From assembly GCA_963667015.2 (NCBI GenBank), contig CAXXJJ010000001.1, positions 2,688,001 to 2,752,000 on the forward strand: 64,000 nucleotides of DNA, written 5' to 3'. The translations under genes were made by a program, and so were the position numbers. The notes under the pieces were generated by a model that was not told the DNA's origin, ran no database searches, and was given only the letters and a program-made list of their open reading frames with translations. Positions 1 through 9,515 of this stretch are shown one piece after another (position 1 is the stretch's first letter; every line of letters starts with the position of its first letter). This DNA is from Desulfatiglandales bacterium (GTDB taxonomy: Bacteria; Desulfobacterota; DSM-4660; Desulfatiglandales; HGW-15).

Positions 1-73
1 ATATTTATATCCATAGTAATTCGAGTTTTTTAACAGGAGGCTGAAAAAAAAATTCTCAGGGACCTGAATTTAC

Positions 74-108
74 AAAAAAAATCCCGGACCTAAAATTAGA
101 TCCGGGAT
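74..108 (-). terminator. Intrinsic terminator (expression platform of the leftward cobalamin riboswitch)
   Basis: Minus strand ATCCCGGA-loop-TCCGGGAT followed by a T8 run, about 100 nt downstream of the aptamer. Confidence 0.8.
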
Positions 109-207
109 GTCCCTTTTTTATCCACAGAAAAATATACAGGTCAACCGCCGTCCACGCGATTTTGTCCAGGTAATATAATGATGATCCTGGGTTTTCACCT
201 TATATAT

Positions 208-360
208 CCAGGCAGGTCTTCTGACTTTCGGTTCATTCTACTAACCGCACCTTCCCAATCAATGATCAGTGGTATAATTGCGGCTTTTGTCCCCGATTAC
301 AGCGGCGGGCCCGTCCCCGAGTTTCACGGGGTTCCCTATTGTGCTATACAACACCTGAAT
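208..360 (-). promoter_or_regulatory. Cobalamin riboswitch, leftward; regulated gene lies beyond the window edge
   Basis: Minus strand carries TTCAGGTG..AATAGGGAACCCCGTGAAACTCGGGGACGGGCCCGCCGCTGTAA..CCACTG..TGGGAAGG..GTCAGAAGACCTGCC. Confidence 0.93.
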
Positions 361-453
361 GTTTGCTTTAATACATGAATATTAAAAATTGTGTCAAGGA
401 AAATGTTTTACTTGACTCATGTGTTATTTTTTCATAAATACAATACATTACAT

Positions 454-631
454 ATTCAGGTGCTCTTAATTGAGCTTAATAGGGAATCCCGTTAAAATCG
501 GGGACGGACCCGCCGCTGTGACCCCTCCTTTTTCAATTTTGAAAAGGGAACCTCTTTAACCTTCGTGAGCCACTGTTATCTAATGGGAAGGCCGTTAAAG
601 GAGGGGGGGGAGTCAGAATACCTGCCGGAAT
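454..631 (+). promoter_or_regulatory. Cobalamin riboswitch upstream of btuB
   Basis: TTCAGGTG..AATAGGGAATCCCGTTAAAATCGGGGACGGACCCGCCGCTGTG..GCCACTG..TGGGAAGG..AGTCAGAATACCTGCC. Confidence 0.93.
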
Positions 632-686
632 AAGATATTGGCCATCGCGGAATATGGCATCTATAGACTAGAGGATAAAAAAGGGT

Positions 687-726
687 AATCCCCGGGTCGA
701 TTGAATTCGATTCGGGGTTTTTTATT
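687..726 (+). terminator. Intrinsic terminator of the btuB riboswitch leader
   Basis: CCCCGGGTCGA-loop-TCGATTCGGGG followed by a T-rich tract, before the btuB RBS. Confidence 0.75.
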
Positions 727-766
727 TTAAGGTCGGCTAGATAAAATATTTTATTCAGGGGAAGAA

Positions 767-2752
767 ATGAAAAAACTTTTATTGACAATAGCAGCCGCAA
801 TTGCCGTTACATCTGCGGGGGCAGTTCTGGCTGAAGATGAAAAAGATTTAAAGAAAATGGATGCAGTAGTTGTAACCGGTACAAGGTTCGAGCAGGAAGT
901 GGAAAAGATACCTGCTAATGTAGCCGTCATTACAGCAGAAGATATTAAGAAAAACGGAGCCCAGTCTGTTCCTGAGATCCTGAGAAATCTTGCAGGTGTG
1001 AATGTTCGTGACCTTAATGGCAACGGGAATAATCAGGTTGTGGATCTTGGGGGATTCGGCGAAACTGCTGACCGTCACGTAGCAGTAGTAATAAACGGCA
1101 GAAGGGTAAACCCCATTGATATGTCAAATGTAAGATGGACTCTTATCCCGGTAGATAATATTGAGAGGATAGAGGTCCTTTATGGCTCTGGCGCTGTGCT
1201 TTATGGTGACAACGCCATGGGCGGTGTTATCAATATAATAACAAAAGACATTACAGAAGGTATTTCTTTTGATGCTGAGGCCCTTGCCGGCAACATGGGG
1301 ACCAGAAGAGCTCATGGTATTTTTAATTATAATAAGGGAGCCTTCGGGATTCAGCTTGGCCTTGAGGGATCAGAAACCGATGGCTATCGTGACAGATCCG
1401 GATCAGAAAGAAAAGGGATATATGGAAAGATCCAGGCCTATCCTACGGATACTATAATGCTGTCCATGGAAATAAATGCAGGAAATTCAGAGTATCAGCT
1501 TCCTGGTTCTATTACCGAAGAACAGATGGCTGTCAATCGTAAACAGGCTGCCAGTCCCAATGATGAAGGTGAGGATGAGGATTTTTTTATCGGACTCGGC
1601 GCAGAATTTGATTTTGATACAAACGGTGTGTTAACTCTCCGGGTTAATAACAGAAAAGAAGACATTGACAGTGATATGGCTTCATGGTTCAGCTACATGA
1701 TGATTGAATCGGATACTGATGGGATTAATACTCAGTATGTTCTTGATGGAGATCTGGCAGATCATAAAAACAGGCTTACACTGGGAGTTGATTATTATGA
1801 TACTGAGTATGATGCTTACAGGGGAGCAAGTAAGGGTGAAAAAACCGACAGCTTTCATCATACCAAAAAATCAATTGGTTATTATGCACAGGATGAGTAC
1901 TCCATACTGGATTCATTGATACTTAATGCCGGTTTAAGGTTTGAAGATCCTGAAATTGATCTTTTCTCCAATGTGTTTGGTACTCCAAACAGGCACACAC
2001 TGGATGACTCTGAAACCGCATGGCATCTTGGCCTGTCATACATATTTAAACCAGGCTCAAAGCTGTATGCAAGGGTATATGAGGCATTCAGGTATCCTGC
2101 TGTGGATGAGTTTACAAGCCTTTATACTGGCGCGATTAACAACAACCTGAAACAGGAAACATCACAGGGATATGAAATCGGTACAAGAATTGCTCTTGCA
2201 TCCAGACTGGTTCTAAACGCAAGGGTCTATACCATGAACCTGGAAGATGAGATAGCATACAGCAATATTACCTGGCAGAATGAAAACCTGGATAAAACCC
2301 GTCACCAGGGCGCAGAGATCGATTTCCGTTATCAGACATGTGCCTATGCCGCATTGTTTGGTAATATAGCATATACCGATGCAGAGTTCAGGCAGGGTGA
2401 AAATAATGGCAAAAAGATACCCATGGTTCCGGAATGGAAGTACAGCCTGGGTGTTGATATGAAATATGAAAATATCAAAGGAAGGGTCCAGTATAACTAC
2501 CTTGGTGAAAGATATTTCGGAAATGATTACGCAAATACCCAGAAACAGATGGAAGATTACCAGACCGTTGATCTTTATTTAGGGTATGAATTCAAGAAAG
2601 GTGAATTTTTTATAAACGCTGCAAATATCTTTGGAGAAAAATATTCCGATTACGCATATTACTATTACGATTATTCTTCTATGAGTGATGCTTATGGCTA
2701 CTACCCGATGCCCGAAGAAAGTTACTGGGCGGGTGTAAAATTCTCCTTCTAA
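767..2752 (+). CDS. btuB: TonB-dependent cobalamin receptor
   Basis: Signal peptide, VVVTGTR, plug motif IERIEVLYGSGAVLYG..GGVINIITK, C-terminal F; directly behind a B12 riboswitch. Confidence 0.88.
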   Translation: MKKLLLTIAAAIAVTSAGAVLAEDEKDLKKMDAVVVTGTRFEQEVEKIPANVAVITAEDIKKNGAQSVPEILRNLAGVNVRDLNGNGNNQVVDLGGFGETADRHVAVVINGRRVNPIDMSNVRWTLIPVDNIERIEVLYGSGAVLYGDNAMGGVINIITKDITEGISFDAEALAGNMGTRRAHGIFNYNKGAFGIQLGLEGSETDGYRDRSGSERKGIYGKIQAYPTDTIMLSMEINAGNSEYQLPGSITEEQMAVNRKQAASPNDEGEDEDFFIGLGAEFDFDTNGVLTLRVNNRKEDIDSDMASWFSYMMIESDTDGINTQYVLDGDLADHKNRLTLGVDYYDTEYDAYRGASKGEKTDSFHHTKKSIGYYAQDEYSILDSLILNAGLRFEDPEIDLFSNVFGTPNRHTLDDSETAWHLGLSYIFKPGSKLYARVYEAFRYPAVDEFTSLYTGAINNNLKQETSQGYEIGTRIALASRLVLNARVYTMNLEDEIAYSNITWQNENLDKTRHQGAEIDFRYQTCAYAALFGNIAYTDAEFRQGENNGKKIPMVPEWKYSLGVDMKYENIKGRVQYNYLGERYFGNDYANTQKQMEDYQTVDLYLGYEFKKGEFFINAANIFGEKYSDYAYYYYDYSSMSDAYGYYPMPEESYWAGVKFSF

Positions 2753-2776
2753 TCTGCACTGATTTAAACGGAGATT

Positions 2777-4816
2777 ATGTCTTGTTTTAGAGTTAAAATT
2801 GATATCCCGGTGTTGCGGCAGAAACTGATTGTTTGCCTGGCAATCATCCTGCTCGTAATTATTGCCTCCCTTAAGACGAGCCACTGCTATCCCCTGAGTT
2901 TCAGGGATAGCAGTGGCCGGGATATTACAATCAAGTCTGAACCCTTATCAGTTGTATCTCTGGTTCCTTCCATTACCGAAATTATCTGCCGTATCGGAGC
3001 AGGGGATAAATTAAAGGCAATAACCCATCACAGCACCTATCCGCCCGAAACTGCCGGAAAAGAAATAGTAGGAGGCTTTCTAAAGCCCGACCTTGATCTT
3101 GCGGCAAGCCACCAGCCCGATATTATTTTTTATAATGATATCCAGGAGGGAGTTGTAGAAAAATTTAAAGACCGGGACGTTATCCTGATTGACTTTGAGA
3201 CAGTGAGTATAGAACAGAGCTTCAGGTATATTATGCTCATAGGTGAGATTTTCAATAAAAAAGAAAATGCAGACAGCATCATCAGGGAAAATAAAAGATA
3301 TATTGATCTGATTGAAAAGAAGGCAAGCCTGATCCCGCCCGAAAAGAGAAAAAGGGTTATGCGTATCATGGGAAGCAGCGGCTATATCACTCCCGGTGAT
3401 GATTCCTTTCAGAAAGAATTTATTACACTTGCCGGCGGCATTCCTCCTGTGTTCAATAAAAAAGGCAGTGTTATATCTATAGATAAGGATGACATGATAA
3501 GATTTAATCCGCAGATGATATACGGTTGTGATAACGACAGGGACGGGGGAAACGCTCTTTTATCTGATCCTGAATTAAAGGAAGTTGAGGCAATAAAAAA
3601 TTATAATATACAGTACTATCCATGCGATCTTACATGCAGGGCTTCTACAAATACAGGGTATTTTGTCTCATGGCTTTCCGCCGAAATTTACAGTAAAGAG
3701 TTCGGAGATAAAAAGAACCTCGTTCTTCCTGAAGGAATCGTGAAATCCAACAGGATAGATATTGACCTTGATTATGTTAAAGAGGCCAATGTCTATACAA
3801 CCAATCTCTATGATTTTACTAATAAAACATTGATTATTGATTTCGATAGACCTATAAATGTCATTTCAACCCTTGAAGGCAGCAGAGATAATATAGAATC
3901 CATCGGAAACCATTATGCCCCGCTTTCATGCTGGAGTGTGGCACATATGGAAGGCCTTGAAGGAATGAGGGCAAATGTTTTTAAAGCTCTCGGAAAAACA
4001 GGCAAAAACACCAGCTTTCTGTTTACAGGTGCTGATGTTGACCATGTTGCGGTTGTAAAGGAAAAATTCAGAGATCTTGAAGTATTTGCCGTAGTAACTG
4101 CCGGTGTTAAATCCAATGGGATGAGAATGTCTGTTGATGAAGGCAGTTTTTATGAGCCCGGGACAATCAATATACTTGTGCTGCCCAAAATGAAGATTAC
4201 CGAAAGGGCAATGACAAGGGCTATTATTACCGCCACAGAGGCCAAGACAGCCGCTCTGCAGGATCTTGATATAAGGAGTGCTTACAGCCCCGGATACCAG
4301 GCAACCGGAACCGGTACTGATAATATGATCATTGCCCAGGGCATCGGTGATAAGCCCCTTGATAATACAGGTGGGCACACAAAACTTGGTGAACTTATTG
4401 CTTCATCGGTCTACAGGGCGGTAAAAGAAGCAATATATAAACAGAACGGAATAATAGCTGAAAGGAATATTTTTCAAAGGCTCAGGGAGCGAAAGATAAC
4501 CCCGGGCAGCAGCCTGATTTCGGATAAAATAGAATGTAAAGCCGGAAAAAAGCAGACTGCATATGCCCTTGAAAAACTGCTTCTGAAAACTGAATATGCT
4601 TCTTTTTTATCATCTTCATTCAGCATAAGTGATGATTATGAAAGAGGACTGATTAAAGATCTTAAGGAGTTCAGAAAACAGTGTACATATATTGCCAGAG
4701 AAATTTCAGGTAATGAAGATCTTGAAACAGTGGAACTGGTAGAAGATGAAAATATCCCGACCGTAATAAAGATGGCATTAAATGCCATGCTGAACGGCTT
4801 ATGTAACAGGGAATAA
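2777..4816 (+). CDS. cbiZ: BtuF-like periplasmic binding domain fused to adenosylcobinamide amidohydrolase (CbiZ)
   Basis: N-half DSSGRDITI..VVSLVPSITEII (helical-backbone binding protein); C-half VTAGVKSN, PGTINIL, TATEAKTAAL, ATGTGTD, GGHTKLG (CbiZ motifs). Confidence 0.85.
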   Translation: MSCFRVKIDIPVLRQKLIVCLAIILLVIIASLKTSHCYPLSFRDSSGRDITIKSEPLSVVSLVPSITEIICRIGAGDKLKAITHHSTYPPETAGKEIVGGFLKPDLDLAASHQPDIIFYNDIQEGVVEKFKDRDVILIDFETVSIEQSFRYIMLIGEIFNKKENADSIIRENKRYIDLIEKKASLIPPEKRKRVMRIMGSSGYITPGDDSFQKEFITLAGGIPPVFNKKGSVISIDKDDMIRFNPQMIYGCDNDRDGGNALLSDPELKEVEAIKNYNIQYYPCDLTCRASTNTGYFVSWLSAEIYSKEFGDKKNLVLPEGIVKSNRIDIDLDYVKEANVYTTNLYDFTNKTLIIDFDRPINVISTLEGSRDNIESIGNHYAPLSCWSVAHMEGLEGMRANVFKALGKTGKNTSFLFTGADVDHVAVVKEKFRDLEVFAVVTAGVKSNGMRMSVDEGSFYEPGTINILVLPKMKITERAMTRAIITATEAKTAALQDLDIRSAYSPGYQATGTGTDNMIIAQGIGDKPLDNTGGHTKLGELIASSVYRAVKEAIYKQNGIIAERNIFQRLRERKITPGSSLISDKIECKAGKKQTAYALEKLLLKTEYASFLSSSFSISDDYERGLIKDLKEFRKQCTYIAREISGNEDLETVELVEDENIPTVIKMALNAMLNGLCNRE

Positions 4817-4824
4817 GGCAACTG

Positions 4825-5733
4825 ATGAAAGTCATATCAACTATATTACTGGTTTTTGTTTTATTTGGGCTCTCCGGCACAGCAGGCGCCGAAAGCTTTA
4901 AGGATGCTGTAGGAAGAGATGTCGTAATAGAACATGCTCCATCCCGAATAGTCCCGCTTGCTCCCAGTCTTACAGAAATTCTCTATTATCTGGGGCTTGG
5001 TGATAAGGTTGTGGGTGTAACAAATTACAGTTATTATCCACCGGAAGCGCTTGAAAAACCAAAAATAGGTTCATATATAGATATCAATATAGAAAAGATT
5101 CTCACTCTTGGACCTGATCTTGTAATAGGAACAAGAGACGGAAATAAACCGGGAATAGTTGATCTGCTTGAACAGGCAAAAATCCCTACCTATATAGTGA
5201 ACCCGAAAAATGTTGTTGAAGTAATAGAAACAGTCAGGATAGTCGGGCGCCTGTGTGGTGTGAAAGAAAAGGCGGACATGCTTGCAGATAAACTTGATGC
5301 AAGGCTTGCAAAAATTAAAAATAATGTAAAAGACGAAAAGAAACCTCTTGTATTTCTGCAGATAAATCTTCACCCCATTATGACTGTTAATAAAGATACA
5401 TTCCATCAGGATATTATTAATATTTCAGGCGGTATCAATATGGCTGCCGATTCAAAAATAAGTTACCCAAGGGTGAGCATAGAAGAAATAATAAAGCGGA
5501 AACCTGAGATAATGATTATATCCTCAATGGACAGGGGCGGTGAATTTGAGAAGGCAAGACAGGAATGGCTCAAATGGACTTCTATCCCTGCAGCAAGAGA
5601 CGGGAAGGTATATCTTATAGACTCCGACCTCATAGACCGGCCGTCCCCGAGGATAATTGACGGGATAGAGGAAATGGCAAGGCTCATTCATCCGGAAGTG
5701 GCTTGGGATGGTATCAATGAACGAACAAATTAA
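4825..5733 (+). CDS. btuF: Cobalamin ABC transporter substrate-binding protein
   Basis: Signal peptide, RIVPLAPSLTEILYYLG, DLIDRPSPRIIDG. Confidence 0.88.
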   Translation: MKVISTILLVFVLFGLSGTAGAESFKDAVGRDVVIEHAPSRIVPLAPSLTEILYYLGLGDKVVGVTNYSYYPPEALEKPKIGSYIDINIEKILTLGPDLVIGTRDGNKPGIVDLLEQAKIPTYIVNPKNVVEVIETVRIVGRLCGVKEKADMLADKLDARLAKIKNNVKDEKKPLVFLQINLHPIMTVNKDTFHQDIINISGGINMAADSKISYPRVSIEEIIKRKPEIMIISSMDRGGEFEKARQEWLKWTSIPAARDGKVYLIDSDLIDRPSPRIIDGIEEMARLIHPEVAWDGINERTN

Positions 5734-6754
5734 GATAAAAGGAATACTCACACCCGGGAAGGTCATATCCGTAACCATGATAATGTGTGTGGTTCTTGCT
5801 GCGGTGGTTATCGCTTCACTTGTACTCGGAACCGCAGACGTATCCTTAAAACAGGTAATGGGGCTCATCACCGGTGCAGTTACGCGGGATGACCCGGTTT
5901 GGTTGATCATCTATAAGATAAGGCTCCCCAGAATAATCCTGGCAGGTCTGGTTGGCTTTGCCCTTTCGCTGGGAGGCGTAACATTTCAGGCCATCCTTAG
6001 AAATCCCCTTGCTGATCCCTTTATCCTTGGTGTATCAAGCGGGTCTGCCTTTGGTGCTGTTCTGGCAATTACCTTTGGCCTCAGTTTCAGCCTCGGGGTT
6101 CCTGTAATGTCCTTTATGGGCGGTTTGCTGACCATCTATCTTGTCATGTCACTCGGTTCCAGAAAAATGGGCATGGAATCATCGACCATACTTCTCACCG
6201 GTGTAATCGTTAATGCATTTTTTACGGCAATAATAATGTTCTTTATTTCGACATCCGCTGATGACCGGCTTCATACCATGCTTTTTTGGCTCTATGGTGA
6301 TCTCAGTCAGAGCCAGTACACACAGCTTCTGATCATTGCACCGTTTATACTGATCGCAGCAGTAATACTTTACTGCTATGCTCGGGACTTCAATATTATC
6401 ACAACAGGTGATGAGATTGCGGCACAGCTTGGCGTTGATGTGGAAAAGACAAAAAAGATCGGCCTCTTGACGGTATCTCTTATCATGGGGCTTGTTGTCG
6501 CATTTTCTGGCCTTATAGGGTTTGTAGGCCTGATCGTTCCACATCTCGCACGAATGGCCTCCAGGTCGGATCATCGTATGCTTATCCCTGTATCTTCAAT
6601 AGGTGGCGCTGTTTTTCTCATTGCCGCTGATACGCTTGCAAGGACCATAGTATCTCCAAGTGAGCTGCCGGTTGGCGTAATAACCGCTTTCCTTGGTGCA
6701 CCTTTCTTTTTAATCCTTCTCAGAAAAAGAGGCAGTCAATGGAGCCGATCCTGA
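5717..6754 (+). CDS. btuC: Cobalamin ABC transporter permease (FecCD family); start could be 5708
   Basis: IRLPR, FQAILRNPLADPFILGVSSG, GLIGFVGLIVPH, ELPVGVITAFLGAPFF. Confidence 0.9.
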   Translation: MNEQIKIKGILTPGKVISVTMIMCVVLAAVVIASLVLGTADVSLKQVMGLITGAVTRDDPVWLIIYKIRLPRIILAGLVGFALSLGGVTFQAILRNPLADPFILGVSSGSAFGAVLAITFGLSFSLGVPVMSFMGGLLTIYLVMSLGSRKMGMESSTILLTGVIVNAFFTAIIMFFISTSADDRLHTMLFWLYGDLSQSQYTQLLIIAPFILIAAVILYCYARDFNIITTGDEIAAQLGVDVEKTKKIGLLTVSLIMGLVVAFSGLIGFVGLIVPHLARMASRSDHRMLIPVSSIGGAVFLIAADTLARTIVSPSELPVGVITAFLGAPFFLILLRKRGSQWSRS

Positions 6755-7515
6755 AATTAAAAAATATCGGTTTTAAATATGATGAGAAGCAGGTGCTTAA
6801 AGATGTCAGCCTTGCTGTAAATGCAGGTGAGATACTTGGAATACTCGGGCCTAACGGATCAGGGAAAAGCACTCTCTTAAGGGTAATGGACGGTGTCCTT
6901 TCTCCTGAAGAAGGGAGTATAACGATAAACGACAAATCATACCATAGCCTCAAAAGAAATGCCCTTGCAAGGGAAGTGGCCATGGTTGCCCAGGAACAGC
7001 ACTTCAGGTTTTCATTCACATGTATCGAGGTTGTTCTTATGGGCAGATTTCCACATTTAAAACGCATGCAGTTCGAGGATCACAATGACCTGAGGATAGC
7101 AATGGATTCACTGAAGGCTACCCATGCCATCGAATTTGCGGAACGCTCCATACATGACCTGTCAGGTGGTGAAAAGCAGAGGGTGCTTATTGCCAGGGCC
7201 CTTGCACAGGAACCCAGGGTTATCCTGCTTGATGAACCTACTTCCTTTCTGGACCTCAAATTCAAGCGGGAGGTTTTTAAGCTCATCTCCTCATTGAGTA
7301 AAGAAAAAGGTCTCGGTGTGGCAATTGTATCCCATGATATTGACCTTGTGGCACAGTATTGCAGCAAGATTATTTTATTGAAAAACGGGACAGTGTACAG
7401 AACAGGTGATCCGGATACTGTAATAACCGCAGAAAATATAGAAGATGTTTATGAATGCCCGGTACTGGTTGATAAAAATCCTCTGTCAGGCAGACCGAGG
7501 GTCAGCGTAAAATAA
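6739..7515 (+). CDS. btuD: Cobalamin ABC transporter ATP-binding protein
   Basis: Walker A GPNGSGKS, LSGGEKQR, LLDEPT, SHD. Confidence 0.9.
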   Translation: MEPILKLKNIGFKYDEKQVLKDVSLAVNAGEILGILGPNGSGKSTLLRVMDGVLSPEEGSITINDKSYHSLKRNALAREVAMVAQEQHFRFSFTCIEVVLMGRFPHLKRMQFEDHNDLRIAMDSLKATHAIEFAERSIHDLSGGEKQRVLIARALAQEPRVILLDEPTSFLDLKFKREVFKLISSLSKEKGLGVAIVSHDIDLVAQYCSKIILLKNGTVYRTGDPDTVITAENIEDVYECPVLVDKNPLSGRPRVSVK

Positions 7516-7518
7516 AAA

Positions 7519-7586
7519 ATGGTTTGAGGTTTACGGTTTGCGGTATAAGGTTTTCCGTACACCTCATACCGTAAACCGTATACCAT
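7519..7586. repeat. Degenerate heptamer tandem repeat folded as an inverted repeat
   Basis: TGGTTTG AGGTTTA CGGTTTG CGGTATA ... CCTCATA CCGTAAA CCGTATA CCA. Confidence 0.7.
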
Positions 7587-7671
7587 TCCATCTATAAAGT
7601 GAATATTATATTTGACACGATATTTTGAAACAATTGATGAATATAATTGGGTGACCATATAAGGAGACCAT

Positions 7672-8298
7672 ATGTTCGATTTTTTTATAAAGGGCGGGCC
7701 TGTAATGTACCCGCTGTTATTATGCTCAATAGTTTCCCTTACGGTAATAATAGAACGCGCCATCTTCTGGATTGGTGTGGGCATGCGGAAAAACCAGGAT
7801 CTGCTTAATGAAGTGCTGGATTTATGCAAGAAGAGTGACTGGGAAAGCGTGAGGGTCAAGGCTGCCGGATCAAAGAACTATGTGATAAGGGTCCTTATAA
7901 GCGGGATACTTCACAGGGAATATTCATTGAGCAAGGCTATGGAATCTGCTGCTGCAGATGAAATTACCAGGATGGGGAAATTCATGGGGGTGCTTGACAC
8001 CATGATTACTGTTGCTCCACTAATGGGAATATTGGGGACCGTTCTTGGAATCATTGAATCATTCAGCATGCTCGATTCATTTGGAATTGAGAATCCACAG
8101 GCAGTTACAGGCGGTATTGCACAGGCCCTTATTACTACTGCAACAGGCCTTACAATAGCCATAGTAACTGTCTTTCCATATAATTATTTCAATTCAAGGA
8201 TAGAAAAGGCTGTAAAGAATATTGAAAAATATGCCACAAGTTTTGAGATAGTGTATGAGCGTAATATCGTATCAGAGAGCAATGAGGAACAGGAATAA
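7672..8298 (+). CDS. exbB: MotA/TolQ/ExbB proton channel
   Basis: GGPVMYPL, APLMGILGTVLGII, GIAQALITTATGL. Confidence 0.92.
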   Translation: MFDFFIKGGPVMYPLLLCSIVSLTVIIERAIFWIGVGMRKNQDLLNEVLDLCKKSDWESVRVKAAGSKNYVIRVLISGILHREYSLSKAMESAAADEITRMGKFMGVLDTMITVAPLMGILGTVLGIIESFSMLDSFGIENPQAVTGGIAQALITTATGLTIAIVTVFPYNYFNSRIEKAVKNIEKYATSFEIVYERNIVSESNEEQE

Positions 8299-8702
8299 TG
8301 AAAGTAGATCTCCCATCTACCAAAAAAACACGGATAGAGATGCTGCCCCTTATTGATGTGGTATTTCTTCTCCTTGTCGTTTTTATCTATACAATGCTTT
8401 CAATGGCTGTTCATAGAGGACTTAATGTCGATCTGCCAAAATCAGAGACAGCGATGATAGAAAAACAACTAGTGCTTTCAGTCTCTATTGATAGTAATAG
8501 GCTTATTTATATAGATGAACAAAAATGCGATCCTGAAGATCTTACTGAAACGCTCAGGGAATTGACACGGGATAAAAAAAATCCGGGGGTGCTTCTCTTT
8601 GCTGATAAGGCGATCCCCTACCAGGATCTTTTTAAGGTGCTGGATAAAATAAGAGAGGCCGGGCTAAACAGGATATCCCTCCAGGCAGAGGCAGAAGAAT
8701 AG
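8298..8702 (+). CDS. exbD: ExbD/TolR biopolymer transport protein
   Basis: IEMLPLIDVVFLLLVVF, VDLP, ADK. Confidence 0.92.
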   Translation: MKVDLPSTKKTRIEMLPLIDVVFLLLVVFIYTMLSMAVHRGLNVDLPKSETAMIEKQLVLSVSIDSNRLIYIDEQKCDPEDLTETLRELTRDKKNPGVLLFADKAIPYQDLFKVLDKIREAGLNRISLQAEAEE

Positions 8703-9368
8703 ATGAAAAGACTTTTACCGGCTGTCCTGATAGCCATTTTTTTTCATGCATTATTTTTTGCTATTAATTCGGAATGGCTCATTAAGAAAGTCGCAAGGGT
8801 GCAGAGACCGGCCATAACAGTGACCATGTCATATAAAAAGAAGCCTGCGACGCCTGCCCCTGTCAAAAAAACTCCTCAAAAAAAACCAAAAGAAAAAAAG
8901 GTAAAGGTCGTTAAAAAGGTCCAAAAACCTGTTCCTGTGGTTAAAAAAGAGGTTCCGGAACCTTTAAAGGAAGAAGTTATAGTTGAAGAAGATATCGGGC
9001 CTGTAGAAGAGGCTGCAAATGATCCCGACCCGATGGAGGTTACTGATACCGGTGAGTATTCGGATGCTGTGGAAGAAAGTGGCTCAGGAACGGTGTCAGA
9101 GGCTGTACCTTTGTACAGGATGAATCCTGAGCCGAGATATCCGAAGATGGCACGAAAAAGAGGCTATCAGGGGACTGTTCTGTTAAGCGTACTTGTAAAC
9201 AAAGAGGGTTTGGTTGACGATTTGTGGCTTTATAAGTCATGCGGATATAAAATACTGGATAATGCAGCGATAGAGGCTGTTAAAGACTGGACTTTTGAGC
9301 CGGGGAAAAAAGGCGATGATGCAGTTGAAATGTGGGTTGAGGTTCCTGTGATATTTAAGCTGGAGTAA
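8703..9368 (+). CDS. tonB: Energy transducer TonB
   Basis: N-terminal TM with His, Pro/Lys-rich linker, PRYPKMARKRGYQGTV..LDNAAIEAVKDWTFEPG. Confidence 0.92.
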   Translation: MKRLLPAVLIAIFFHALFFAINSEWLIKKVARVQRPAITVTMSYKKKPATPAPVKKTPQKKPKEKKVKVVKKVQKPVPVVKKEVPEPLKEEVIVEEDIGPVEEAANDPDPMEVTDTGEYSDAVEESGSGTVSEAVPLYRMNPEPRYPKMARKRGYQGTVLLSVLVNKEGLVDDLWLYKSCGYKILDNAAIEAVKDWTFEPGKKGDDAVEMWVEVPVIFKLE

Positions 9369-9373
9369 AATAA

Positions 9374-9455
9374 AGGCAAATGGCGCAGGGCTCAAGGCGC
9401 AAGTACAATGCGCATGGAGCGTATTTCCCTGAGCCCTGAGCCATGTACCTTGCGC
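9374..9455. repeat. Degenerate heptamer tandem/inverted repeat
   Basis: AGGCAAA TGGCGCA GGGCTCA AGGCGCA ... CCTGAGC CCTGAGC CATGTAC CTTGCGC. Confidence 0.65.
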
Positions 9456-9515
9456 AGGGTTAAAATTATTAATAATCCTATTGATTGTAATAAAGTAAAA
9501 ATTGGAGAAATTTAA

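Noticed and set aside
178..800. Short ORFs 178-378 (+) and 576-800 (-)
   Set aside because: They overlap cobalamin riboswitches on the opposite strand and are shadow translations.
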